From NCBI GenBank assembly GCA_046313635.1, contig JBKBYA010000001.1, positions 224,001 to 288,000 of the forward strand: a stretch of 64,000 nucleotides of DNA, read 5' to 3'. Numbering within the stretch: position 1 is the first letter of the stretch; every line of letters begins with the position of its first letter. A program made the translations under genes and the position numbers. This DNA comes from Pyrinomonadaceae bacterium (lineage in GTDB: Bacteria; Acidobacteriota; Blastocatellia; Pyrinomonadales; Pyrinomonadaceae). Positions 39,419 to 48,302 of this stretch are shown here, in pieces. The notes under the pieces are model-generated. The model was not told the origin of the DNA and searched no databases. It saw only the letters and a program-made list of their open reading frames with translations.

Positions 39419-40537
39419 ATGAACTACAAATACACCTTTACTTCCGAATCCGTGTCTGAAGGGCATCCGGACAAGGTCTGCGACCTGATCGCCGACTCGA
39501 TCCTCGACGCGCACCTCGAGCACGATCCCAACGCTCGTGTCGCATGCGAGGTGCTCTGCAAGAAAGAAACCGTCGTGGTGGCCGGCGAGATCACCGCATC
39601 CGGTGCCGAGTGCATCGATCATGAGCGGATCGTGCGCGACACGATCAGGCAGATCGGATACACCGAACCGTCGGAGCCCTTCCACGCCGACTCGGTCAAG
39701 ATCATCCGGATGATCTCGGAACAGGCGGACGAGATCGCACAAGGGATCGACGAGGGTCGCGGCCTTTTTGAAGAACAGGGGGCCGGCGATCAGGGGATCA
39801 TGTTCGGATATGCGACGAGCGAAACGCCTGAACTGATGCCGCTGCCCATCTTGCTCGCTCACAGGCTGGCACAGGCTCTCGCCCAAGACCGCCGGTCAGA
39901 AAGGATCGCCGGGCTGCGACCCGATGCCAAGACGCAGGTCTCGGTCGTTTACGAGCAAAATCGCCCGGTAGGCGTCTCGGACATTCTTGTCTCGACGCAG
40001 CACCGCCCCGAGATCGCTCGCGAGCAGATCTATCAGTACGTCGTCGACGACCTTGCACCGAGGGTACTGGGCGACTGGTTTACGCGGGCCGTGCGCGTAC
40101 ATGTCAATCCGACCGGCAGCTTCGTTCACGGCGGGCCGAGCGCAGACTGCGGGGTGACGGGCCGGAAGATAATTGTCGACACGTACGGCGGGATGGGTCG
40201 TCACGGCGGCGGAGCGTTTTCAGGCAAGGACCCGTCAAAGGTCGACCGCAGCGGTGCGTACTTCTGCCGCTTTGTCGCGCGGCAGATAGTTAAGGCCGGA
40301 CTGGCCGAAATAGCAGAAGTGCAGGTCGCATATGCGATCGGCGTAGCGCAGCCCATCTCCGTCAAGGTCGACACTTTCGGGACCGGCGACTCGAGAGCAG
40401 CCGAAGCGTTCGTCGCCGAAGGATTCGATTTTCGCCCCTCCGCGATCATCGATCGGCTAGATCTCAGGCGGCCGCTGTATCGGACGACCACCAATTACGG
40501 GCATTTCGGTCGTGCGGGATTCGCATGGGAACGGTAA
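39419..40537 (+). CDS. metK: S-adenosylmethionine synthetase
   Basis: FTSESVSEGHPDK, GAGDQG, RPDAKTQV, GRKIIVDTYGG, GGGAFSGKDPSKVDRS, YGHFG. Confidence 0.98.
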   Translation: MNYKYTFTSESVSEGHPDKVCDLIADSILDAHLEHDPNARVACEVLCKKETVVVAGEITASGAECIDHERIVRDTIRQIGYTEPSEPFHADSVKIIRMISEQADEIAQGIDEGRGLFEEQGAGDQGIMFGYATSETPELMPLPILLAHRLAQALAQDRRSERIAGLRPDAKTQVSVVYEQNRPVGVSDILVSTQHRPEIAREQIYQYVVDDLAPRVLGDWFTRAVRVHVNPTGSFVHGGPSADCGVTGRKIIVDTYGGMGRHGGGAFSGKDPSKVDRSGAYFCRFVARQIVKAGLAEIAEVQVAYAIGVAQPISVKVDTFGTGDSRAAEAFVAEGFDFRPSAIIDRLDLRRPLYRTTTNYGHFGRAGFAWER

Positions 40538-40649
40538 GGCGATATGCCGATCCGGACGGGCCGGAACGGCGGAGAAGGGTCGCCCGCGGCTGCAGCGGGT
40601 GACTCTCTTCATTGAAGGGAGATGACAGAGAGAAGCGGCCTGAAACTGG

Positions 40650-41093
40650 ATGAGCACCGAATTACAAAATCGAGAGGCGTCGAAGCGTGAGCTCGAGCAC
40701 GCGTTCGTAAACACAAACTTTGTGGTAGATTCACCAACTTTGCGTTTCACGATCCGCATAGGTCGGCGTAGCGAGGCTCTCGACGCCGTGCTGCGCGAGA
40801 CAACGGCCGAGACGTGGGCCTTTGTCACGGCTTACAACCCCTTTGCACGTCAGCTGCCGCCGGAGGTGAACATTGCCCGGCAAAACGAGATGATCGAAGA
40901 GTTAAGATCCGCGGGCTACGACCTTTATCCCGGTTATGGCTCGTCGACCACCGGCGAATGGCCGCCGGAGCCGAGCGTCTTGATCCTTGCGATCGAACGC
41001 GACACCGCGATCGCACTCGGGCGGCGGTACGGCCAGCTTGCCATTGTTTTTGGCCGCGTGGGGCAAGCACCGGAATTGATCTGGTGTTTCTGA
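40650..41093 (+). CDS. DUF3293-like protein
   Basis: WAFVTAYNP, N..RQ, W..EPS, A.ALGRRYGQLAI. Confidence 0.8.
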   Translation: MSTELQNREASKRELEHAFVNTNFVVDSPTLRFTIRIGRRSEALDAVLRETTAETWAFVTAYNPFARQLPPEVNIARQNEMIEELRSAGYDLYPGYGSSTTGEWPPEPSVLILAIERDTAIALGRRYGQLAIVFGRVGQAPELIWCF

Positions 41094-41239
41094 CGACCAG
41101 CATTGCCGGCGCGGCGAGAGCACCGACGCCTCATCATGAGGATCCGCTGTGACGGCGGTCATAGTCGACGAGGCCCGGTTTTGCAAGAATGCTCTCGGGG
41201 TCGTCCGTCGTCGCGCGCGTTCGGCCGGCAGAGTTGATT

Positions 41240-42616
41240 ATGCATAACGTTGATATCGATATCGTCGAGCTGACGCTGGACGTGATGAAGTTCGCCATCG
41301 GCCGGATCACAAACGCCGATCCGCCGCTCGGCGCGCCCAAGAGCGAAAGCGAACTGCGCGAGCTCGTCGGCGAGACGATCACGCCCGAGGGCATCACGGG
41401 CGAGCGCGCCTTCCAGATCTTTCGCGACGTGCTGATCAAGTCGAGCGTCGCGATCGATCATCCGCGGCATCTTGCGTTCGTCCCGGCGTCGCCGACGCGG
41501 GCGGCGGTGATGTTCGATCTAGTCACGTCGGCCGCGAGCGTCCACGGAGCTTTCTGGCTCGAGGGCGCGGGCTGCATCTTTGCCGAGAACGAAGCGATGC
41601 GCTGGCTGGTCTCGCTGACCGGTTTGCCGAGAGGTGCTTTTGGAGTATTCACGACCGGCGGCACGTCGGCCAATCTCTCGGCGATCGTGACGGCCCGCGA
41701 GAATTGGCGCGAGAGCGACGCGGGCCGGCGGGGCCTGCGCGGGATGATCGTCGCCTCGGCCGGCGCGCATTCGTCGGTCAAGGCGATGGCGAAGGTGATC
41801 GACGCCGACGTTTATTTGATCGATTCCGAAGACCGGTTCGAGGGCGAGCAGCTCGCGGCAGCGCTGCGGTCGCTCGAGCCTGAGGACAGGGCACGCGTCT
41901 TCGCCGTCGTCGCCACCGCGGGGACGACCAACGCCGGCATCATCGACGATCTCAAGGGCATCGGCGAGATCTGCCGGAGCGAGGGCCTCTGGTATCACGT
42001 CGACGCCGCGTACGGCGGTGCGGCGCTCGCGGCGCCGTCTGTGAGGCCGCTGTTTGACGGGATCGAAATGGCCGACAGCGTGACGATCGACCCGCACAAA
42101 TGGCTCTTTTCGCCGTACGACTGCGGCGCGATCATCTACCGCGAACCGGAGCTCGCACGCCGCGCGCACGCCCAGGCCGGCTCGTATCTCGACATCTTTT
42201 ACGACGAAAAAGTGACCGGCTTTAATCCGGCGGATTACCAAATTCAATTGACGCGTCGCGTGCGCGGGTTGCCGCTCTGGTTCTCGCTCGCGATGCACGG
42301 CACGGCACGCTACACGCAGGCGATCGAGCGCGGCATCGAGCTCGCACGCATCGCGGGCCGCAAGGTCGAGGCGCTCGACTTCACCGAGCTCGTCCGAGAG
42401 CCGAGTCTGTCGTGCGTCCTGTTTCGCCGCAAGGGCTGGAGCGAGGACGACTACAAACGCTGGACGTACAAAAACTACCGCAGCGGCTTTGCGCTCGTCG
42501 CGCCGACCAAATGGCGGATCAACGGCTCGCACGAGACGGTCGCGCGGTTTTGCTTTATCAATCCCGACACGACCGAAAAGGACATCGACGACATCCTCGC
42601 GACGATGAACGATTGA
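41240..42616 (+). CDS. group II PLP-dependent decarboxylase
   Basis: HPRHLAFV, GVFTTGGTSANL, AHSSV, TAGTTNAG, HVDAAYGG, DSVTIDPHKWLF. Confidence 0.92.
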   Translation: MHNVDIDIVELTLDVMKFAIGRITNADPPLGAPKSESELRELVGETITPEGITGERAFQIFRDVLIKSSVAIDHPRHLAFVPASPTRAAVMFDLVTSAASVHGAFWLEGAGCIFAENEAMRWLVSLTGLPRGAFGVFTTGGTSANLSAIVTARENWRESDAGRRGLRGMIVASAGAHSSVKAMAKVIDADVYLIDSEDRFEGEQLAAALRSLEPEDRARVFAVVATAGTTNAGIIDDLKGIGEICRSEGLWYHVDAAYGGAALAAPSVRPLFDGIEMADSVTIDPHKWLFSPYDCGAIIYREPELARRAHAQAGSYLDIFYDEKVTGFNPADYQIQLTRRVRGLPLWFSLAMHGTARYTQAIERGIELARIAGRKVEALDFTELVREPSLSCVLFRRKGWSEDDYKRWTYKNYRSGFALVAPTKWRINGSHETVARFCFINPDTTEKDIDDILATMND

Positions 42617-42625
42617 TCTTCATGG

Positions 42626-43375
42626 CTAGGCCGCGCGAGTCAGCAGCGCCGGAAGTATCTCGCCCGCTGCTCCGCGCAGCGCGTGAGTGCTGAATGGAGT
42701 GAGCGGCGTGTCTTCGGGATTGATCTCGACGACCGCCGCGCCGGCGGCTGCCGCGACGTGCGGCAGCTCGTTTGCGGGATAAACGAGCGCCGAGGTCCCG
42801 ACCACAAGACAGACCTCGCACATCGCCGCCGCGTCTCGAGCCGAGGCGATCGATCCGGCGTCGAGCATTTCGCCGAAGAGTACGACGTCGGGCCGCATCG
42901 CGCTGCCGCAGACAGGACAAACCGGCGGACGCTCGCCGGCCGGCAGATCGGCGGTCAAGATTCGAAATCCGCAGTCGAGGCAGCGCGCACGCCGCGCGTT
43001 GCCGTGCAGCTCGATCACATCGCGAGCCCCGGCCTCGGCGTGCAGGCCGTCGACGTTCTGCGTGGCGATCGTAAATTCATCAAATCGCCCCGAGCCCTGC
43101 GCCTCGGCGAGCGCGGCGTGACCGGGATTGGGTTTGCAGTGGCTGAGAGTTTCGATGCGGTGATCGAACCACTCCCAGACGAGCGGCAGATCGTCGTTGA
43201 CCATTCGCGCCGACGAGATCTGCTCAAAAGGCATCCCGCGCCAGACGAGCGAGCGGCCGCCGCCGCGGAATGTCGGCACGCCCGACTCGGCCGAGATGCC
43301 GGCGCCGGTGAGCACAAAGACGCGGCATGCGCGCTCGACGGCGGCACGCGCCGAGGTGAGATCGTTTTGGTCCAT
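42626..43375 (-). CDS. cobB: NAD-dependent protein deacylase (sirtuin)
   Basis: LTGAGISAESGVPTFRG, TQNVDGLH, ELHG, CLDC/CPVC, RPDVVLFGE, GTSALVYPA. Confidence 0.93.
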   Translation of the reverse strand: MDQNDLTSARAAVERACRVFVLTGAGISAESGVPTFRGGGRSLVWRGMPFEQISSARMVNDDLPLVWEWFDHRIETLSHCKPNPGHAALAEAQGSGRFDEFTIATQNVDGLHAEAGARDVIELHGNARRARCLDCGFRILTADLPAGERPPVCPVCGSAMRPDVVLFGEMLDAGSIASARDAAAMCEVCLVVGTSALVYPANELPHVAAAAGAAVVEINPEDTPLTPFSTHALRGAAGEILPALLTRAA

Positions 43376-43401
43376 TTTGTGAAGTTCGATCTGGGCGATC
43401 T

Positions 43402-43800
43402 TTAATCGAGCACCATCACCGCGGCCTCGCCCTTGACGACCGTTTGGCCGTCCTGCTTGGTGACGATCGTCTCGAGCGTGACGACGGGCTTGTCCTCGCG
43501 GATGTTCGTCACCCTCGCTTCGGCCGTCACGGTGTCGCCGACAAAGACCGGTGCGGTGAATTTGAGCGTCTGCGAGAGATAGACGATCTTGCGCTCGCGC
43601 AGCTCGTAGCCGAGTACGGCCGAGATAAATGCGCCGCTCAGCATGCCGTGCGCGATTCTCCGGCCGAAGCGCGTCTGCGCCGCAAACTCCTCGTCGAGAT
43701 GTATCGGGTTGTAGTCGCCCGAGACGTCCGCGAATCGGCGAATGAGCTCGTCGGTGACGAGCCGTGAGGTCGAAAATCTGTCTCCGATCTTTAGCTGCAT
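43402..43800 (-). CDS. MaoC family dehydratase
   Basis: FADVSGDYNPIHLD, RIAHGML, LKFTAPVFVGDT. Confidence 0.93.
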   Translation of the reverse strand: MQLKIGDRFSTSRLVTDELIRRFADVSGDYNPIHLDEEFAAQTRFGRRIAHGMLSGAFISAVLGYELRERKIVYLSQTLKFTAPVFVGDTVTAEARVTNIREDKPVVTLETIVTKQDGQTVVKGEAAVMVLD

Positions 43801-43858
43801 TGGTTATCTCTTGTTACAACACTTGCGCCGCCCGCGGTCAGATCCGGTGCGTGATGCG

Positions 43859-46291
43859 TCAACGAACAAAGCTGTTAGGCACAGGCCGGTCGCCCGCCGC
43901 GCCGAACTGCACGATCTGCGTGCCGCCCGTACTTCGATTGATGTACCACGTTCCGGATGCGGGACGAAACACGGCCGCATCCAGCTTGCCGTCGCCGTCG
44001 TAGTCGCCCGGCGCGGGCACGTCGCCCTGCGAGCCGAAAGGAAATGCAAAGTACGAACGGTCCTCGCTCCGCAGTATGAACCACTCGCCCGTCGACGGCC
44101 GCCAAAAAGCGGCGTCCGCCTTTGCATCGCCGGTCCAGTCGCCGACCGTGACGCTGTCGGTCGCCAGTCCGAAAGCGAGCGCCGTCACGCCGCCGCTCGA
44201 TCGCGCGATCCAAAACTCCGTCTGGCCCGACGCTCCGGTCGGCCTCGAGATCGCGAGGTCGGCGCGGCCGTCGCCGTCGTGATCGGCGGGGACGGGCCTG
44301 TCGTTCGCGGAGCCGAAATTCTCGATCCGCGTGCCGCCCGTTGAGCTGCTGATAAACCACGTTCCGGCGCGGAAGACGGCGGGGTCGGCCTTTGCGTCCC
44401 CGTCGTAGTCGGCCGGTGCGGCGACGTCGCCCGACCGGCCAAAAGCAAAACCGTAGAATGACGAATCTTCGCTCCGCAGTATCAGCCACTGTCCGCTCGA
44501 CGGCCTGAAAACCGCGAGGTCCGCGCGGCCGTCGCCGGTAAAATCGGCCGGCACGGGAACGTCGTTCGACGCGCCGAAAGCCGTGCCCGTGGCCGTGCCG
44601 CCGCTCGACCGCAGACCCCACCACTCGGCCTGTCCCGACGCGCCCGGCGAGCGAAAGACCGCGATGTCCGTCCGGCGGTCGCCGTCGAGATCGAAAGGCG
44701 CTGGCGGCGCCGGCGTCGTGCTCGTCGGCAGCTCGACGCGTACGTCGAGACTCTCGGGCGACGTGCCGCCCTTGCCGACGATCGTGATGCGTATCTGGTC
44801 CTGCTGATCGTAGAACGTCTGACCGACGAGCAGCGGCGCGTCATAAGTGTTGCCGAGCGTCGACGGCGTCATATCGAGGAGCTGCGCCTGATAGTTGGAG
44901 CCGATCGGGTAGTCCCAGCGAATGACGGCGCCGTTCATCGCGTTCGGATTGCCTGTGACGAGCTGGCGAAATTCGATCCAGTAGGTGCGGGTGGCGTTCT
45001 TCGGTATTCGCAGCAGACGCTTGAGCGTGCCACCGAGCGCCGTGCTGTCCTGCGCGTAGATGCGATAGACGCCGTCGGCCGCGGTCGCGTTGATCACCTC
45101 GCCGTCGGTGAGCCAGCCGAGCACGCGCTTGTAGCGCGCGTTAAAGTGCGAGGTCAGGTATGCCGAGCCGCGGCCCATCATATCAAAGCCGTCGCCGTAC
45201 TCCTGATTGACGCCGGCGCCGATCACCGAACCGTCGGTCGTTCGCCAGAGATTTGCGTGCAGCAGCCCGTAATTGTGACCGAGCTCGTGCGCTATCGTTC
45301 CGGCATCAAAGTCGCCGTTGAGCAAAAAGCCCTTGCCGCCGACCGTGCCCGCGCCGTTCCACGAGATCCGCGCGTCGTAGCTGAAGGCGACAAGGTCAAA
45401 CGAGTAATTCGCCGTCTCAAATCCCGCGGCTCGTGCCGCCGCGCGCGCGTCGGCGAGGAGCGCGTTGATGTTGCTCAGGTAGTACGTCTGCGTCTGCGGC
45501 ACGCGGACGACGCTCGTCACCGCCGGCGCGAGCAGTGTCGTCTTGCCGTACGAATTCGCCGCAAAAAAAGGAGCGATGTCGGAGCTGAATGTCGCCAGGG
45601 CCCTCGCACTAGTGAGCGGGAGACCCTCGTAGTCGACCGGCTCGCCCGGCCGGTCAGAAAAGTCGACGCGGATGACAAGCACGCTCTTAGGCCCCTCGGT
45701 CCACGCCGACATCTCGGATGCGGACGCCGCGTCTGCGGCATCCGCCGTCATCGGGTCGAGCGCGATCGCGCCGTCGAGCTCTATGCCCGACAGCGGAATA
45801 TCTCTCGAGCCGCTCGGACGCGCGGCATGCGAGCTCGTCGACGCGCGGTAGACGGCGCCGTCGTCGCGTCGTGTGACGACGAGCTCGTCAGGCGGCAGCG
45901 GCCCTCGGGCCCGGCCGCCCGCGCCGCTGTCGTAGACGCGCAGACCGACGTCGCCGCGAAACTCGACACGCTTCTCGACCAGCGAACGCATCTCGGCCGG
46001 CAGCCGCTCGACCACGTCGACCGCGAGCGCGCGGCGCAGAGCCTCGTCCGGCGCGGCGAGGATCAGAGACCTCATCGCATCGCGCCGCCGCCGCGCGATC
46101 GCCATGCCCTCGGCCAGTGCCTCAGGCGAGTGAGCTGCGCCGGCGCCATTCGACGCGATCCACCGTTCGAGCTCGGCAAAGTCGTCGTGCTCCGACTGCG
46201 TATTAACGATAAAGACGTTGGTTGTCAGTGCCGCGGCGGCGATCGTCAACAGGGCAAAACCGCGTACCTTGTTTCTGAAACAGAACTGCAT
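43859..46291 (-). CDS. secreted zinc metallopeptidase (M11/M6-like) with C-terminal FG-GAP/VCBS repeats
   Basis: signal peptide, HELGHNYGLLH, EYGDGFDMMG, repeated D[FY]xGDGxxDxAVFR. Confidence 0.85.
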   Translation of the reverse strand: MQFCFRNKVRGFALLTIAAAALTTNVFIVNTQSEHDDFAELERWIASNGAGAAHSPEALAEGMAIARRRRDAMRSLILAAPDEALRRALAVDVVERLPAEMRSLVEKRVEFRGDVGLRVYDSGAGGRARGPLPPDELVVTRRDDGAVYRASTSSHAARPSGSRDIPLSGIELDGAIALDPMTADAADAASASEMSAWTEGPKSVLVIRVDFSDRPGEPVDYEGLPLTSARALATFSSDIAPFFAANSYGKTTLLAPAVTSVVRVPQTQTYYLSNINALLADARAAARAAGFETANYSFDLVAFSYDARISWNGAGTVGGKGFLLNGDFDAGTIAHELGHNYGLLHANLWRTTDGSVIGAGVNQEYGDGFDMMGRGSAYLTSHFNARYKRVLGWLTDGEVINATAADGVYRIYAQDSTALGGTLKRLLRIPKNATRTYWIEFRQLVTGNPNAMNGAVIRWDYPIGSNYQAQLLDMTPSTLGNTYDAPLLVGQTFYDQQDQIRITIVGKGGTSPESLDVRVELPTSTTPAPPAPFDLDGDRRTDIAVFRSPGASGQAEWWGLRSSGGTATGTAFGASNDVPVPADFTGDGRADLAVFRPSSGQWLILRSEDSSFYGFAFGRSGDVAAPADYDGDAKADPAVFRAGTWFISSSTGGTRIENFGSANDRPVPADHDGDGRADLAISRPTGASGQTEFWIARSSGGVTALAFGLATDSVTVGDWTGDAKADAAFWRPSTGEWFILRSEDRSYFAFPFGSQGDVPAPGDYDGDGKLDAAVFRPASGTWYINRSTGGTQIVQFGAAGDRPVPNSFVR

Positions 46292-46577
46292 TGTTTGTTA
46301 TCGCCCGGCCGTGACCGGGAAAGCGTTTGCTGCGATCTTGAAGGTGATGTCCTCGTTCGTCGCCGCACAAGTGTGAGCGTCGACGAGTCGGGGACCGAGT
46401 TAAGCGAGACTTGTTACAGTGGGCATCTCTCTGCCGGCCGTCAGACCGTCGAGAGCAGGTTTGAACAGGTCGAATTCTAACTAACCGCAAAGGGTGCGCG
46501 CAATCGCCGGCGGCCGATATCCCGGCGCGATCTTTTAAGGCCTTGTCATCAAACGGCCGCGGCGCTTTAATTCGATC

Positions 46578-47057
46578 ATGGGCAATTCATCAGCGACCTC
46601 CGGACAGATCGTTAAATGCCCGTCGTGCGGAGCGGCCAATCGCGTGTCTCCGCAGCAGGCGGGCGGCAGGCAGGCCGTGTGCGGCAAGTGCGGTACGCTG
46701 CTGACGCCGCCGGCCGCATCTCGACCCTCGTCGGCAAACGGACCGCTGACCGTGACCGATGCAAACTTTGAGAGCCTCGTGTCGGCATCGGCCGTTCCGG
46801 TGGTGCTCGATCTCTGGGCCGCCTGGTGCGGGCCGTGCCGGATCGTCGCTCCGACGATCGACTCGCTTGCACGCGAGCTCGGCCAGCGCGCTCTCGTCTG
46901 CAAACTCGATGTCGACGCCAATCCGCGCACGGCGGCTCGATTCGCCGTCAGCAGCATTCCGACGATCCTGATCCTCAGCGGCGGACGTGAGGTCGACCGG
47001 ATGATCGGCGTCCAGTCTCGCGAAGCCATCCTCTCCCGCCTGCAGCGTTTCCTCTAA
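46578..47057 (+). CDS. trxC: thioredoxin 2 with N-terminal zinc finger
   Basis: CPSCGAANRV...CGKCG; WAAWCGPC; IPT. Confidence 0.88.
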   Translation: MGNSSATSGQIVKCPSCGAANRVSPQQAGGRQAVCGKCGTLLTPPAASRPSSANGPLTVTDANFESLVSASAVPVVLDLWAAWCGPCRIVAPTIDSLARELGQRALVCKLDVDANPRTAARFAVSSIPTILILSGGREVDRMIGVQSREAILSRLQRFL

Positions 47058-47098
47058 GACTCACAATTTATCGCAGCGACTGCTGCGGCTCATCGACT

Positions 47099-47114
47099 CT
47101 GGCACCATAAATGC
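47099..47114 (+). promoter_or_regulatory. sigma54 (-24/-12) promoter
   Basis: CTGGCAC-CATAA-ATGC, GG-N10-GC spacing, ~40 nt before ATG 47157. Confidence 0.6.
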
Positions 47115-47156
47115 CTTTTCCGCCCGCAGATCACAGATTTTCGGGGGGAAATATTT

Positions 47157-48059
47157 ATGTCGCTGATTTATTGTCCTGAATGCGGACACGAGATCTCCAA
47201 CGCCGCCGTCGCGTGCCCAAACTGCGGCCGGCCGGTCAACGCCGTGCCCGCAACGCCGGTCGTCGAGCGTAAGGTCGTGACGGGCGTGGTTCGCAAGCGC
47301 GAAGCGTTCCCGACCTGGGCGTATTTCGTCGTCGGTACGCTGGCGGTGCTGTTGCTTTTCGTTCTCTTTGTCGCGTCGCGGCGCGATGACGACGATCTGG
47401 CGAATCAGCGTGTCAGGGTCAACGCCAATCTCGACCGCGCGTCCGCGGCCGATCGCAATTCGATGTCGAGCGCGCCCTCGTCGGTGACCGACGTTCCGCC
47501 TTCGGGTTCGTCGTCGATAACCGTCCCGAGCGAGAGCGCGCCGCCGGTGCCGATGCCGAGCGCGCCGGGATACTCGACGACCGTTCCCGGCTCGAGCGTT
47601 TCGGTCCCGCCGCCCGCGACCAAAGGCACCGTCGTGATCGACGCCAAGATACTGCCGCGGACGGGCACGACGCCGCAGCCGGTCAGGAACGTGAAGTTCT
47701 ATCTACTTGACCGCGACGTCGAGACGATACTCAGTGAGGCGGACATCGAGCCGATCGAGGGACAGACGCTGACCAACAGTTTCGGGCTGTCGCTGATGTT
47801 CCCCGACCGCTACGGCGACTTTTACCGCCAGGCGATGGCCGCACTCAAAAAGCACATCAAGTACGCCGGCCAAACCGACGGCTCCGGCAAGGCGCAGCTC
47901 GGCAACGTCGACCCGGACAGCTACTACCTGTTTGGAATGACAAAGGGCGCGGGCGGCTTTGCCGTCTGGAGCGCACCGCTCTCGGTCGTCCCCGGCGAAA
48001 ATCTCGTCAACCTCAGCCCGCAGCGCCTCACTGAGGTGCAGTCGAGCTCGGGCGAATGA
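47157..48059 (+). CDS. zinc-ribbon single-TM protein
   Basis: YCPECG...ACPNCG, TM, Ser/Pro linker, C-terminal beta domain. Confidence 0.75.
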   Translation: MSLIYCPECGHEISNAAVACPNCGRPVNAVPATPVVERKVVTGVVRKREAFPTWAYFVVGTLAVLLLFVLFVASRRDDDDLANQRVRVNANLDRASAADRNSMSSAPSSVTDVPPSGSSSITVPSESAPPVPMPSAPGYSTTVPGSSVSVPPPATKGTVVIDAKILPRTGTTPQPVRNVKFYLLDRDVETILSEADIEPIEGQTLTNSFGLSLMFPDRYGDFYRQAMAALKKHIKYAGQTDGSGKAQLGNVDPDSYYLFGMTKGAGGFAVWSAPLSVVPGENLVNLSPQRLTEVQSSSGE

Positions 48060-48121
48060 CGGCAATTTGAGACAGCGATAAGAGGTTGTCGGAAACGCAT
48101 TTTCGACCGAAGCACTAACCC

Positions 48122-48184
48122 CTACCCACTATCAACTATCAACTGAATGATCCAGTGAATAGTTGATAGCGGATAGTGGATAGT
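48122..48184. repeat. inverted heptamer arrays (hairpin)
   Basis: CTACCCA CTATCAA CTATCAA versus ATAGTTG ATAGCGG ATAGTGG. Confidence 0.7.
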
Positions 48185-48302
48185 TTTGGCGGTCGACACT
48201 TTTCGGCAGCCTCTTTCGCGCTCGGAGAGCTTTGTGACAAACTGACGGGCTGTGAAGCGACGATCGTGAGCGTTCCGGGGCGAGTGCTACGATTGAGTGC
48301 GA

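Noticed and set aside
42626..43375. Sirtuin as partner of HerA (Sir2-HerA defence)
   Set aside because: Canonical CobB with zinc finger and host-like composition, ~9 kb from the ATPase
48185..48302. Cobalamin or TPP riboswitch before the TonB receptor
   Set aside because: No recognisable conserved boxes
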